Below, in pieces: positions 9,769 through 20,222 of a stretch of 64,000 bases of DNA. Below the pieces are notes generated by a model. That model saw nothing but the letters and a program-made list of their open reading frames with translations, was not told where the DNA came from and searched no databases. Source of the DNA: a phage; assembly GCA_017822615.1 (NCBI GenBank), contig GCA_017822615.1_4530.1, one strand, 5' to 3'. A program made the position numbers and the translations under genes. Positions within the stretch are counted from its first letter, which is position 1, and every line of letters starts with the position of its first letter.

Positions 9769-12443
9769 TAGTCGTAATATTTCAAACCTGTAATGAACTT
9801 CGATCCCCAATCCGCACTTGCGGCGGTGAACGTCAACATCCAAGTTGTAGCTGTACCAGTGAAGACCTCTCGTTGCACAGTACCATCAGTGTGGTAAATG
9901 TCCACGCCAGTATGTCCATTCTTAGGAATAGTGAAGGTAACAGCACTGGTAGTGTCTCGTGCATAAGAACAAACAAATGGTGTCCCAGCCCAAACTGGAT
10001 TTGTCATATCACCCATCTCAAGCTGTGGAACCCAAGCAATAAGACCTGCCGTACCATCTCCTGCGAAAGTGTCTGATCCACTTGCATTCAAAGCTATAAT
10101 CTCATAGGTTATAGATGCTTGTTTGGCAACTGTCACTTTGTGTAGAATTACACGATACCAACCATTCCCCATATCGATTATGTTTGCATCTGCACCTGTA
10201 AATGTTCCAGCTACAAGATCATAAGTCCCTTCGTTAATCTCATCTCCTGAAGTCAATTTGAGTTTCACTTTAGTGATCCCGTCTGGCTTCAAGAATACGG
10301 ATGCCGCCCAGTGCTTACCTGCTGTAATATCAGAAGCTGTATTCACTGCTGATAAAATATGTTGTCCTGAAGTTGTAGAAGGTGTTAACTTGTAAGTGTT
10401 AGCTGTAGTTCCAACCGGAGAGTTGATTGTTGATGCCGTGACTGTCAAGTTCGTCTTCAACCACGGGGAAGCTGTTGTCAAGTTATTGTTGATAAAGATA
10501 TGTGTACGGTTGGCTGCTACAACACGTCTACCTTGTGGAGTTGTACCAACATATTCTAAAGGTGCTACGGGAGCAGAACTCTCTGTAGGTACAAGGATAT
10601 CTCCAGAAGCCCTGGCATAACGGTTACTCCTGTTGACCTTTACATCCGCCGGAATAGTTTCTTGCGTCAAATCATAATCCATCACAATCACCACAGCATT
10701 CACTGTGAGATAAGAACTATCTTCGGCAGTTACCACACCTTGATAAGTTGCTCTACAACCGATACGACAACCTCCATCAGCAACCGCTGTAATAACGCCT
10801 GTAACGGGGTCAACTGTTGCTACCGTAGGGTCATTAGAGAAATACTCAACAACCATACCAGGTAAGCTTGCTGCTCCTGTTGGCGTTATTTCTGCTACCA
10901 TTGTTTGTGTTGTTCCTACATCCATCGCAGATAAGCTAGGGGTGTAAACACTCAATGTTGAAGCATATCCTCCAGAGGTATCTGATAAAGTTGTTCCTTC
11001 AGCGTTTAAGGCTGTCATACCTGCATCAAAACCACCTTCTGCATGGAAAGTCATTAAACCAGTAGATGATATTGTCATGTTTGCAGGGGCAGAAGAAGTG
11101 TATTTAATATTGAAAAGTTTGCCTCCTTCTGGGCTAACAGAATGTGTCAACTGTTTAGTTCCACCTACAATACAAATTCCTAAAGAATCTGTAGTTAAGC
11201 CTGTTGCCAGAATATCGCCCGTAATCACGGAGCTTGCTATTGGTGTGAATTTATTATAGTTTAGACCACTATTGAACAGATACGAGGCTTTCCCATCTTT
11301 CCAAATACCGGAATAATACATATCTCCATTATAAACGAAAAAGGTTCCTTGATAACCTAATTGGTTAGTAACATCCATATTCAGCGTATGAACGCTTGTG
11401 AGCTTGTTTATATCCCAAGAACCCACTCCTTCAGGTTTAACTGGTTTTCCCACTTGGAGTGGATCTCCGCTCGCAGAATCATACCCCAAACCTAAGTTTG
11501 CAGTGTAGTTCTTACCAATAGCCCACAAGGAATTATTGATCCCAACGAAAAAAGAGTGGCGGCTTGGTGGAAACTTCCATGTTGAGAAACCTGCTGCAAA
11601 GGTATCCAGTTTAGTGTAGGTTGTTTCTGTATTAGATCTAACATATAAGTAGTTTACTGTACCCGTGCCACCGGAGGTATCTCCTACAACTATTGTCTGG
11701 GAAACTGTATTGATGTAATCTTTGACATACACTGTTTCAGTAGTGGATATTGTGGCATTGACAAAAGCTGTTGTTGTGTTATTATTACCTGCTAAACCTT
11801 TACTAGCTCCACAAACACGCAAGGTTCCCACATTGTTGACATAAGAGCATTGGTTGTAACCTGCATCAAAAGCAACTGCTGCGCTTGTTATCTGACGAGG
11901 AGTAGAAACTTCGTTAGTAGTGCTTGCACCTAAACTACCTACTGTGTTTTGACCCGATCCATAAAGAACACCACTATTCATTAACCAGAGAGTATTGTTA
12001 TACCCTCCTTTAACCTCTTTAAGATTGGCTAAAGAAATAGTCCCTGTTATTACAGATGGAAAGCTGGTCCAGGTAGTTACACATGCATCCGTACCACCTG
12101 CTGCTATAGATCCTACCAACCCTGCTGTCAATCCTGAATATTGCCATCCCCCACTGTTAGTTTTAATAACAAAACAACGATCTGCGGTAAACACATCCGC
12201 TACTACAGTAGAAGCTAAGTGGAAATTATTGAATCGTGCACTACGAGTTCCATCTGCAATCTCACCAAAGAGGTTTGCGCCTTGAGTAAACAATCTACCA
12301 TCATTAAGCAAAATTGCTAAACTGCTGTTAGAATTACCAGCGTTATCTGGGTAATCTAAAGTGATTACTTTTTTAACAATACCTGCTGGCAGAGGAACGA
12401 CACCAGTGCTGGTCATAATAGTAAATATTGGAATTGGAAACAT
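9768..12443 (-). CDS. tail fiber / receptor-binding protein with RCC1-like repeats
   Basis: 891 aa; repeated G-x-N/Q-x-x-G-x-L-G motifs (GVLYGSGQNTVGSLG, GRLFTQGANLFGEIADG) suggest a beta-propeller. Confidence 0.6.
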   Translation of the reverse strand: MFPIPIFTIMTSTGVVPLPAGIVKKVITLDYPDNAGNSNSSLAILLNDGRLFTQGANLFGEIADGTRSARFNNFHLASTVVADVFTADRCFVIKTNSGGWQYSGLTAGLVGSIAAGGTDACVTTWTSFPSVITGTISLANLKEVKGGYNNTLWLMNSGVLYGSGQNTVGSLGASTTNEVSTPRQITSAAVAFDAGYNQCSYVNNVGTLRVCGASKGLAGNNNTTTAFVNATISTTETVYVKDYINTVSQTIVVGDTSGGTGTVNYLYVRSNTETTYTKLDTFAAGFSTWKFPPSRHSFFVGINNSLWAIGKNYTANLGLGYDSASGDPLQVGKPVKPEGVGSWDINKLTSVHTLNMDVTNQLGYQGTFFVYNGDMYYSGIWKDGKASYLFNSGLNYNKFTPIASSVITGDILATGLTTDSLGICIVGGTKQLTHSVSPEGGKLFNIKYTSSAPANMTISSTGLMTFHAEGGFDAGMTALNAEGTTLSDTSGGYASTLSVYTPSLSAMDVGTTQTMVAEITPTGAASLPGMVVEYFSNDPTVATVDPVTGVITAVADGGCRIGCRATYQGVVTAEDSSYLTVNAVVIVMDYDLTQETIPADVKVNRSNRYARASGDILVPTESSAPVAPLEYVGTTPQGRRVVAANRTHIFINNNLTTASPWLKTNLTVTASTINSPVGTTANTYKLTPSTTSGQHILSAVNTASDITAGKHWAASVFLKPDGITKVKLKLTSGDEINEGTYDLVAGTFTGADANIIDMGNGWYRVILHKVTVAKQASITYEIIALNASGSDTFAGDGTAGLIAWVPQLEMGDMTNPVWAGTPFVCSYARDTTSAVTFTIPKNGHTGVDIYHTDGTVQREVFTGTATTWMLTFTAASADWGSKFITGLKYYD

Positions 12444-12452
12444 TTAAACCCT

Positions 12453-12481
12453 CCATAAAAAGAAAGCCCCTTTCGGGGCTT
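12453..12481 (-). terminator. rho-independent terminator (minus strand)
   Basis: aagcccc-tttc-ggggctt hairpin with T-run on the minus strand after the 12485 stop. Confidence 0.55.
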
Positions 12482-12484
12482 CTG

Positions 12485-14509
12485 TTATCGTGTTACAACA
12501 ACCATGTCCACGATATCACCCACACCAGGATACGTTAATTGCAAAATTGTTACTGCGTTAGCAGTAGTTGCTATTTCTGTATCATTTAGTGCTCCATAAG
12601 ACGCATCTAGTGTAACCGTGTGTCCCGTTGTATCTTGAATCAAATAAATCATTGCTGAAAACGCTTTAGGTTTTGTAGAGCCAGTGACACCAGGCCATGC
12701 TCCAACTGTCAGAGCGTCAGTTACTGTAACAAAATACATATTGGAAGTTCCAGAAGGAGTCCAAGATGCTCCAGAGTTGGCAGTAGTTGTTTCAAGTTCC
12801 ATGAAACCTGCTGTAACTCTAGTTGGTGTTATAGCTTCCGTAGGATCTGATCCTGATATTTCGATCCAATTTCCATCAGACCTACCATACGTCAAGCCGT
12901 CTTGAGGGGCTTCTGGTATACTAGGAAGAGTGCCTATAAGCGTCCACGTAGAAGAATCTGTTTTCTTAAACACTGCTCCAGTGGTAGTATTGAAGGCGTA
13001 ATCATTGATAACACCGTCTCCTGCGACTGGATTAGTTGTTGCTACAAACCACTGTGCGCCGTCCTTACCGTTGGTCCCATCAGTACCGTTGGTTCCGTTT
13101 GTTCCAGGATCACCCTTATCTCCTTTATCCCCTTTTTCACCTTTGTCGCCTTTAATACTTCCCATGTCAACAAAAGATGCGGAATTGGTGTCTTGATCGT
13201 AGGTATAGATGTAAAGATTACTAGTGTCTTCAGTTAAGTAAGCATCACCATAGTTATTGTAAACAGGGAGAGCTTCACTGTTCGGAACATGACCTTTAGC
13301 TGTAATTGATGTTCCTCCAAGACTGCCAACATTCATCCATTCCGTAGCATCTTGGACCCAAACATATAAATCATTATTAATTTTATATGCGTCACCTACT
13401 TCTCCAGTCGGAGGAAGTTCAGCTTCGCTGTTCAGAACCCCGATAATCTCTAAGCCTGATCCTGTTGCACCCACTGGTCCTTGTGGACCTAGTTCACCTT
13501 GTGGACCTCGCTCTCCTTGATCACCCTTGTCTCCTTTTGGACCTTTAAGTGAGGCAATAAAATCTACTTCTGTCCCTTCATTACCAGCATCCAGCCAACT
13601 TTGATATGCAGATTTCCCTTCATCTCCATCTGTTCCATCTAGACCGTCTTTTCCTGCCTCGCCTTGTGGACCTTGAGGACCAACAATATTACCCATGTTG
13701 ACCCAAGCTGTCCCATTAGAGACATAAAGATTACCATTGATAGAATAAGCTTGGCTTACGTTTTCAGAGGTAGGTTGTGGTAAGTTACTTGTAGAAGGCA
13801 AATCTCCACGATAATCAAAACCGTTGGCGTTAACACCAGGTGCTCCCTGTGGCCCTGTAGGACCAACATCGCCTTTATCACCTTTTATAGAGGTAAGGAA
13901 ATCATAAACAGATCCTGTATTACCATCTGCCAACCATACCTCGTAAGCTGATTTACCTTCTGGCCCAAGAGAAGAAATAAGTTTCCAAACAGAACCATCC
14001 CAAGCGTAGATTACATCACCTACGATATAACCATCCCCTGCAACGTTACCTGTGGATGGTAGTTCACTAGTACTTGCTAATGATCCTTTAATATTAAGTT
14101 GAGCACCAGTATCCCCTTTCAAAGAGGCAAGCCACTGTGCTTCTGTTCCAACAAAACCATTATCAAGTGCGATCTGATAAGCCGATTTACCAGCTTCAGG
14201 TATTGTTTCCGACAGATCATCAATTTGTTGCTGCATTGCCGTAAACTTGGCATTGATAATTGCTATATCATCAGCGGTCCCAACACTTTGCCATGCAAGG
14301 GAAGAAATACCACCTGTGGTGGCTGGCGTAGAGTTTGCTGGAACCACTTTAGGAAAAGTTCCTTTCCATTGGTAATAATTCCCTTCTGCTGCTAACAGCA
14401 AAACTTCACGGGAATTACGTAATGTAAAACCTGCCTCAAAGCTGCGACGTTTTCGATAAGTAGCTTCTACCAGATCGGCTATCGCACTATTAGGTCTTGT
14501 TAAATTCAT
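12485..14509 (-). CDS. tail fiber protein with collagen-like repeats
   Basis: 674 aa; several G-X-Y tracts (GDKGDVGPTGPQGAPG, KGDKGDQGERGPQGELGPQGPVGATG, GDKGEKGDKGDKGDPGTNGTNGTDG). Confidence 0.7.
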   Translation of the reverse strand: MNLTRPNSAIADLVEATYRKRRSFEAGFTLRNSREVLLLAAEGNYYQWKGTFPKVVPANSTPATTGGISSLAWQSVGTADDIAIINAKFTAMQQQIDDLSETIPEAGKSAYQIALDNGFVGTEAQWLASLKGDTGAQLNIKGSLASTSELPSTGNVAGDGYIVGDVIYAWDGSVWKLISSLGPEGKSAYEVWLADGNTGSVYDFLTSIKGDKGDVGPTGPQGAPGVNANGFDYRGDLPSTSNLPQPTSENVSQAYSINGNLYVSNGTAWVNMGNIVGPQGPQGEAGKDGLDGTDGDEGKSAYQSWLDAGNEGTEVDFIASLKGPKGDKGDQGERGPQGELGPQGPVGATGSGLEIIGVLNSEAELPPTGEVGDAYKINNDLYVWVQDATEWMNVGSLGGTSITAKGHVPNSEALPVYNNYGDAYLTEDTSNLYIYTYDQDTNSASFVDMGSIKGDKGEKGDKGDKGDPGTNGTNGTDGTNGKDGAQWFVATTNPVAGDGVINDYAFNTTTGAVFKKTDSSTWTLIGTLPSIPEAPQDGLTYGRSDGNWIEISGSDPTEAITPTRVTAGFMELETTTANSGASWTPSGTSNMYFVTVTDALTVGAWPGVTGSTKPKAFSAMIYLIQDTTGHTVTLDASYGALNDTEIATTANAVTILQLTYPGVGDIVDMVVVTR

Positions 14510-14571
14510 TTATCTCTCCTATCATTAGACCATTCTATTGGAAGAAGAGGGGGAATCCCCCCTCTATTCCA

Positions 14572-17500
14572 TTAGGTTGTTGGCACATCTACTACTGGCG
14601 TTGGGCGAATAACCGCAGTATTACCTACAGAAACATTACTGGAATCATTAGGTATGGTTTTAATTCTAACTCCAGCACTTGTAGGCGTTACAATTGGATC
14701 TGCAATGTCTATTTTAACTGGGTTAGTCCACGTATCATTATCTTGATAAGGTGCACGAGTAATAACTGTGTCCAAATCTGCTCCACCTACGCCAGCACCA
14801 GGAATACGGATACGTGTCCCTGCTGACAGAGGGTAATGATACAACCAAGAAGCATTTGTTGCTGTCCCGTTAGGAGTCAAGTTCTGTGTCAGGAAGGTAT
14901 CTCCTGCCTGTGTAGCTCGAATACCGAAAGCTGGGATATCTGGAATATATGCCCCACTTGTTGTTACAAGGAAGAACGTATTATCCGCTTTGACTATCAT
15001 ATCACCTTTGTCAAACTCTTTCCCTGTTGGGAAATGCATTCCATCAATGTTTCGACTAGGATTAGGCTCTAAGTAATAAACTTTGCCCGTTGTCCCTACA
15101 ATAGCTCCAATACCACCTGCGATATTGGTATACATATTAGCTTCAACATTACAGTTGACACGATGAATATCCGAGTAACGGCAACGGCTCCACTGTGGAC
15201 GACCAGTAACCATCGTCTTGCCATCTGGGTAACAGTTTACGTTAACCATTTCAAGAACAGATTTTTCTCTACGGAAGAATCCATCATAAAATGTCCCTGG
15301 ACCAGATTCAGGTTGACCAACACAATCGAAGATATTACAGGTGATGTTAGACATTGAAAGCCAAGAAGCTATACCGAACAACTGCAATGCAGCGCAACGA
15401 ATATTTTCAAAGCTAACTCTGTTTTCATAACCTGGCCCAGCGGAAACTCCCGCAAAAACACGCCCAGTTTTGGTGTGAATGTTACGAACAGAATAGTTAA
15501 AGCATGGATTTGAAGGTCTGCCCTGTGCCGGAACTACCGGATTACCCTCTTCGTCCAGAACTGCGTTAGTTCCCCACTCCAAGTAAATCATACGGATATT
15601 ACTTGCAAGTGTGCTACCGTCTGTTTTAGGCTCTCCATAAACACCATCAATCGTAAAGTCTTTACTTCCATACATTACAACTGCGCCAGTTGCCAAACCT
15701 GTCCCAACAGATACGGTTTGATCTGGATCGCCATGAATGTTTTCGATAGAAATATTACGACCAACTTCTACGTGGACAATCTGACGGCAACGTTTTGCAA
15801 AAACGTTACGAATTGTAATGTTCTTACAATATTGATCATCAGGGATTCCGTAACCATATGGTCCTTTACCAGCTACACCGATACCGATACCCCAGTTCGA
15901 CAGAGGAATAGGAGCATTAGTTCCATCGATATTAGACAGGTAAATATTCTCAATCACACAACCATCGTCATAATGTTTATTGATGACGTTCAGTTCTATT
16001 GCATCACCTTGCATGTCCATGAAGGTAAGGTTACGGAAGACACCACGTGTTACTGGTTCCCCTGTTCCTTGTTGAAGGATGCCGTATAACCCATTTTTAA
16101 AAGTACAATTATCAATTTCAAAAGTACCTGATATTGGGTTGCCTTGGAATACCAAGCTACCAACTTGACCCGCGCGAGGAGCACCGTCCCACAAACAATC
16201 GAACATGCGCACAGCACCACCCCAATACATAACACGAGAGTTACGGAAAGTTGTGCCTTCTACTGTAGCATTTTGCACACGATAGTCGCGTTGACCACGG
16301 AACACACCCCCACGCAAAGTGATACCTTGAATATCAAAAGAGCTTGTCGTGAAAGTCATATCGCAACCGTAAGCATCGAGAATCTTGCTTTTCGAAGCTT
16401 TTGCTGCTAACAGTGCCGCTTGGAAAGCTGCTTCTGGTGTGGTATATGCTGTTGTGTTGTTAGCAAATTCTGACAAGTAGACAACATCGAATAAATCGTT
16501 GTATGTTCCACCACGAGGGGTTAACAGTCCTTCTGTATTGGTCAGAACCCATGCATTTGGACCTAATCCACCGCTTGTCTCCAATGTATCGGAGGCCAAA
16601 ATACTTTTTGGTAAACTTCCAGCCCAACGATAACGACCAGCGCCACGTCCAATCGTCTGATTTTTAGCTGTCAGAGTTACATTATTACCAAAGCTTGTAG
16701 GCAAATGAACAAACTGTCCACGCTCAACAGCCAGTGCAGAAAGGTCTACAGATCCTCCAGAATAAGTCATTACTCCAGAAACAGACAAGGATGTTAAAGT
16801 GCCTGTAATGTTAGGAGGTAATGTGTAGGAAGACTGCGCTACCGGATCATACAGAGCTTTAATCCCTGTTAACGATTGACCTGCTGTTGCGTAAGCCACC
16901 TCATCATCTAACAAACCATACTTACGAGCAATAGTTTGCAGAGGGACTTTATCCATGCTTTCTGTTAGTTCTTCCGTTTTTGTTTCTAAACTAACAAGAC
17001 GGTTCTCTAGATTAGGATCTGTATCTGCTGAAGCTACGATTTTGCCAATATAAGCAAAAAGTTTGTTTGGCAGTCCTGTTGCAGGATCGTGTCCCAAAGG
17101 TTCAGATAAGATGATCTTACTATCTTCTATACGGAAAGCTTCCCCCAGAACCTGAATAACACCATTGATCGTAACAATAGCACTATCAAAGATGTAAGGA
17201 GGACTAATTACTGTTTCATAACCAGTTGCACCAGAATATACCCAAGGGGTGACTTCTGTTGCCAATTGTTCTGTCTTCAGTCCCCACAATACCCAGTTGT
17301 TATCTCCTACTGGAGTCCCTTGCATAGGGATTGGGTTAACCAATGTAGCGTTAGGGGCATAGTAATAACCGCTCAATACTCCATTCTGGAAATAACGAAG
17401 TTGGTTAAAAACTGTTTCGTTTGTGCCTTGCGCCCAATCCAATGGGCTTTTAAAGAAAAAGTTGTCAACAAGGGCTTTTCTCAGGGTTGGTATCAACCCT

Positions 17501-17625
17501 GATTCTGTTTCAATACTCTCTGTAGCACTTCCATTAATAACATCATGGAGTTGGTTAGATGAGAAAATAACCAGGTCTACGCCCTGTTCGAGAGACGTTG
17601 CTGGATATGTTGGGAATGTTGCCAT
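14572..17625 (-). CDS. tailspike protein, probable beta-helix depolymerase
   Basis: 1017 aa; N/G/T-rich repeats typical of right-handed beta-helix tailspikes. Confidence 0.6.
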   Translation of the reverse strand: MATFPTYPATSLEQGVDLVIFSSNQLHDVINGSATESIETESGLIPTLRKALVDNFFFKSPLDWAQGTNETVFNQLRYFQNGVLSGYYYAPNATLVNPIPMQGTPVGDNNWVLWGLKTEQLATEVTPWVYSGATGYETVISPPYIFDSAIVTINGVIQVLGEAFRIEDSKIILSEPLGHDPATGLPNKLFAYIGKIVASADTDPNLENRLVSLETKTEELTESMDKVPLQTIARKYGLLDDEVAYATAGQSLTGIKALYDPVAQSSYTLPPNITGTLTSLSVSGVMTYSGGSVDLSALAVERGQFVHLPTSFGNNVTLTAKNQTIGRGAGRYRWAGSLPKSILASDTLETSGGLGPNAWVLTNTEGLLTPRGGTYNDLFDVVYLSEFANNTTAYTTPEAAFQAALLAAKASKSKILDAYGCDMTFTTSSFDIQGITLRGGVFRGQRDYRVQNATVEGTTFRNSRVMYWGGAVRMFDCLWDGAPRAGQVGSLVFQGNPISGTFEIDNCTFKNGLYGILQQGTGEPVTRGVFRNLTFMDMQGDAIELNVINKHYDDGCVIENIYLSNIDGTNAPIPLSNWGIGIGVAGKGPYGYGIPDDQYCKNITIRNVFAKRCRQIVHVEVGRNISIENIHGDPDQTVSVGTGLATGAVVMYGSKDFTIDGVYGEPKTDGSTLASNIRMIYLEWGTNAVLDEEGNPVVPAQGRPSNPCFNYSVRNIHTKTGRVFAGVSAGPGYENRVSFENIRCAALQLFGIASWLSMSNITCNIFDCVGQPESGPGTFYDGFFRREKSVLEMVNVNCYPDGKTMVTGRPQWSRCRYSDIHRVNCNVEANMYTNIAGGIGAIVGTTGKVYYLEPNPSRNIDGMHFPTGKEFDKGDMIVKADNTFFLVTTSGAYIPDIPAFGIRATQAGDTFLTQNLTPNGTATNASWLYHYPLSAGTRIRIPGAGVGGADLDTVITRAPYQDNDTWTNPVKIDIADPIVTPTSAGVRIKTIPNDSSNVSVGNTAVIRPTPVVDVPTT

Positions 17626-17628
17626 TAA

Positions 17629-17964
17629 TTACCCCTTATTCTGTGTACGTTTAACTATGTCATCTAGCATCATTTGGATAGTCGCATTCTTGAGGTCCAT
17701 AATCTTTTCAATTTTTTGCTCAAGGGTGTTATTATTTGCCATTAATGTAGAGTTAATTTGATTTAGCATCTGGGTAAGTTCGGCTTTAGTTGCATAAGTT
17801 GATTCAACAAAGACCAACTTCTTCTCTAGCTCTCGACTTTTCTCCTCCATTTCCTCAAGATCAGAGCCGAATTTATCCATTTTTTGTTTGAAAAAGAACC
17901 AGATGACTCCGATTAAAGGGATTATTGCATCCTTTGCAAGTCCCCATGCTTCTTGAAATTCCAT
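17629..17964 (-). CDS. membrane-anchored coiled-coil protein
   Basis: 111 aa; N-terminal TM segment IIPLIGVIWFFF followed by a charged helical region. Confidence 0.5.
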   Translation of the reverse strand: MEFQEAWGLAKDAIIPLIGVIWFFFKQKMDKFGSDLEEMEEKSRELEKKLVFVESTYATKAELTQMLNQINSTLMANNNTLEQKIEKIMDLKNATIQMMLDDIVKRTQNKG

Positions 17965-17973
17965 AGTGATCCC

Positions 17974-18519
17974 TTATTCTGTCGGTAATGTAGGCCAATC
18001 TATAGCGTAAGGATAGTCTTTTTGAAGCGGAACACGATTTAGTTTAACTACATAAACTTGAAGATTTTTAAGATAAGCTAATTCGTCTTCAGTAGCCATT
18101 TCTAAATCTTTAGCATACTGTAAAGGTGTTATAAGTGCTACCGCTGTTTCTTGTAAAGAGCGAATTTTTGCACTAGCTTGTGTCATCAACTCTTCACGGG
18201 AATACTCTTTATCCTTAAGAGTTAAGGTTTCTAAATCCAGAACCTTGTTCCTAATATCCTCAAAAGTATCTATATTAAAGTCTACTTGTGCTATAGAAAG
18301 ATCTTCAGGGCAAAGCAGTGTAGGATCAGTATTCCAAAACACAATACGATTTTGATCATCAAAAACGACTTTCATTTTATCGTTATTGAATTCTGTGCTA
18401 CGTAAATCATACCAATCGTAACCTTGATCGCAACGAAGAAAAAGAATGTTCTCTGCTTCTACCAATTCTTTTAGTTCAGGGTCTTCAGGAATATATTTTT
18501 TAAAGTTTGTAAATATCAT
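17974..18519 (-). CDS. putative tail fiber assembly protein
   Basis: 181 aa directly downstream of a tail fiber gene; position and size as in P2 G / Mu U. Confidence 0.45.
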   Translation of the reverse strand: MIFTNFKKYIPEDPELKELVEAENILFLRCDQGYDWYDLRSTEFNNDKMKVVFDDQNRIVFWNTDPTLLCPEDLSIAQVDFNIDTFEDIRNKVLDLETLTLKDKEYSREELMTQASAKIRSLQETAVALITPLQYAKDLEMATEDELAYLKNLQVYVVKLNRVPLQKDYPYAIDWPTLPTE

Positions 18520-19581
18520 TTAGCCTCCAATATCGTACCAGTTTCCGTTAACGTTGCGCTGGAGGCGTTTGAAGTAAACCCCACCGATGTTATCCGCAGA
18601 GCTACGTCCTGTTTCCTGTACGATAATACCAGAAAGAACATAACCAGAAGAACAGATATAAGTCCAAGAAACCTCGTTCCCTGGTGGATAATACACACCT
18701 TGGCTAGTATAACGAATATCTCTTACAAAGGTTCCGTTAGCATAGTTGTAGTTATTTGTAATCTGACTTTGATGATTACTTTCTACATTGTTTATACGAG
18801 AAGAGAGGTTGTTGTTAACATTATTCAAGTTGTTTTGAACAGTGTTAATATTCGTCTGCAATGTGTTCTGAAGGGAAGTCAAACGAGAGTTCAGATAATC
18901 TAAACGAACTAAAGCATTTCCGTTAGAAGTATCTTGTCCACTGTTTGATCTTGGATTATCTATTAGAACATAACCTGCGTCATATAAACGAATACCTGCC
19001 GATACACTACCTGTGCTAGGATTTCTACGATAGATGTAAAGCTGACCTCCGCTTTGATACTCGGCAGAAATCTCACCATTTGTTTGTCCTGCAAAGTTTT
19101 TGAAGAACAGTGTTGCAGGATCTGTTGTGGAAGTACCGTTAACATAAACATCGCCACCATAAATAGCACCACCCGCATCACGTTTTACCAGCACGTTTGG
19201 TGTTACTGTTGAACTAGTGGCATCTGTAATGTTTGCCGACAAGTGATTATGACTGTTATCTTGAACTTGGATAGATAAAGTAACTTCTTTGTTACCGTTC
19301 CAAGTAGCCTCACCAGTAGCATCACCTGCCATTGTAATCTTAGTTCCCACTAAAGGCAAGTAGGTATTAGGTAAAGTTGGAAGAAAGTCATCCACCAAAT
19401 AGCGAATCCATAAACCGATATTATTAAGAATCCAGTTCATTTCTTCGCAAGTCATGATTTGACCATAATCCATACCAACTGTGCGGATGGTTTCTTTAGG
19501 TCTAATTTTGTTTGTGTTTAAAGTTCCTGGGAGCGTTACAGTTTGTGTAGCCCAGTCAGGATAATATATTGGCTTCGCCAT
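18520..19581 (-). CDS. tail fiber protein
   Basis: 353 aa; N/T/S-rich; sits in the P2 H-like position after the baseplate J/I-like genes. Confidence 0.6.
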   Translation of the reverse strand: MAKPIYYPDWATQTVTLPGTLNTNKIRPKETIRTVGMDYGQIMTCEEMNWILNNIGLWIRYLVDDFLPTLPNTYLPLVGTKITMAGDATGEATWNGNKEVTLSIQVQDNSHNHLSANITDATSSTVTPNVLVKRDAGGAIYGGDVYVNGTSTTDPATLFFKNFAGQTNGEISAEYQSGGQLYIYRRNPSTGSVSAGIRLYDAGYVLIDNPRSNSGQDTSNGNALVRLDYLNSRLTSLQNTLQTNINTVQNNLNNVNNNLSSRINNVESNHQSQITNNYNYANGTFVRDIRYTSQGVYYPPGNEVSWTYICSSGYVLSGIIVQETGRSSADNIGGVYFKRLQRNVNGNWYDIGG

Positions 19582-19590
19582 TTAAACTCC

Positions 19591-20220
19591 TTAATCTATT
19601 TGCTTGAGAAGCGTACACATGCGTCCTGTTTCATCCCCAGTAGATTCCATGTACAGGGAACCTAAACCACCAATACCATGAGGCGGTTTGGTAGCATAAT
19701 AAGAACTAAAACCAAAAGCTGATCCTGCTTTTGCTCCAAGACGGTAGCTACTAATAATAGGGAAAACACTTAGCAACTGCTCTAAAGCTTGATCAGATTG
19801 AAGACACAGGTTGTAGAAAAACACATCAAAGGTTTTATTCAAACCTACGTAAGTATTAAGCGTTTCACGCTCTGTTCCTGTGAAACGGGCGAAGATATCA
19901 ATTATGTCACCACGAGTCCCCGATGAGGCTACGCGGTAAGCCCTGATTTTTAATATTGTTCTATACTCTTCATCATCAGAGCCATTACGTTCGATCCCCA
20001 TTTCTTCCCCTAGAATATCTAGGTATTTGCCTGTGGCTGTAGAGATCAAGCGGTGTTTAGCAAGATAGATCATTGCCTGATCTATCTTTTGCTTTTCACT
20101 GGATACGATGTAGAGGAGCTTGACAATGTTAGGAGAAGATTTAAAATCTTCAATCAGAAGGTTTTTAACGTCTTCATTGATACTGGCCCAAGTTGTTACA
20201 TGGTCAACACTCACTGCCAT
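19591..20220 (-). CDS. baseplate/tail protein (P2 gpI-like position)
   Basis: 209 aa; gene order only. Confidence 0.4.
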   Translation of the reverse strand: MAVSVDHVTTWASINEDVKNLLIEDFKSSPNIVKLLYIVSSEKQKIDQAMIYLAKHRLISTATGKYLDILGEEMGIERNGSDDEEYRTILKIRAYRVASSGTRGDIIDIFARFTGTERETLNTYVGLNKTFDVFFYNLCLQSDQALEQLLSVFPIISSYRLGAKAGSAFGFSSYYATKPPHGIGGLGSLYMESTGDETGRMCTLLKQID

Positions 20221-20222
20221 TT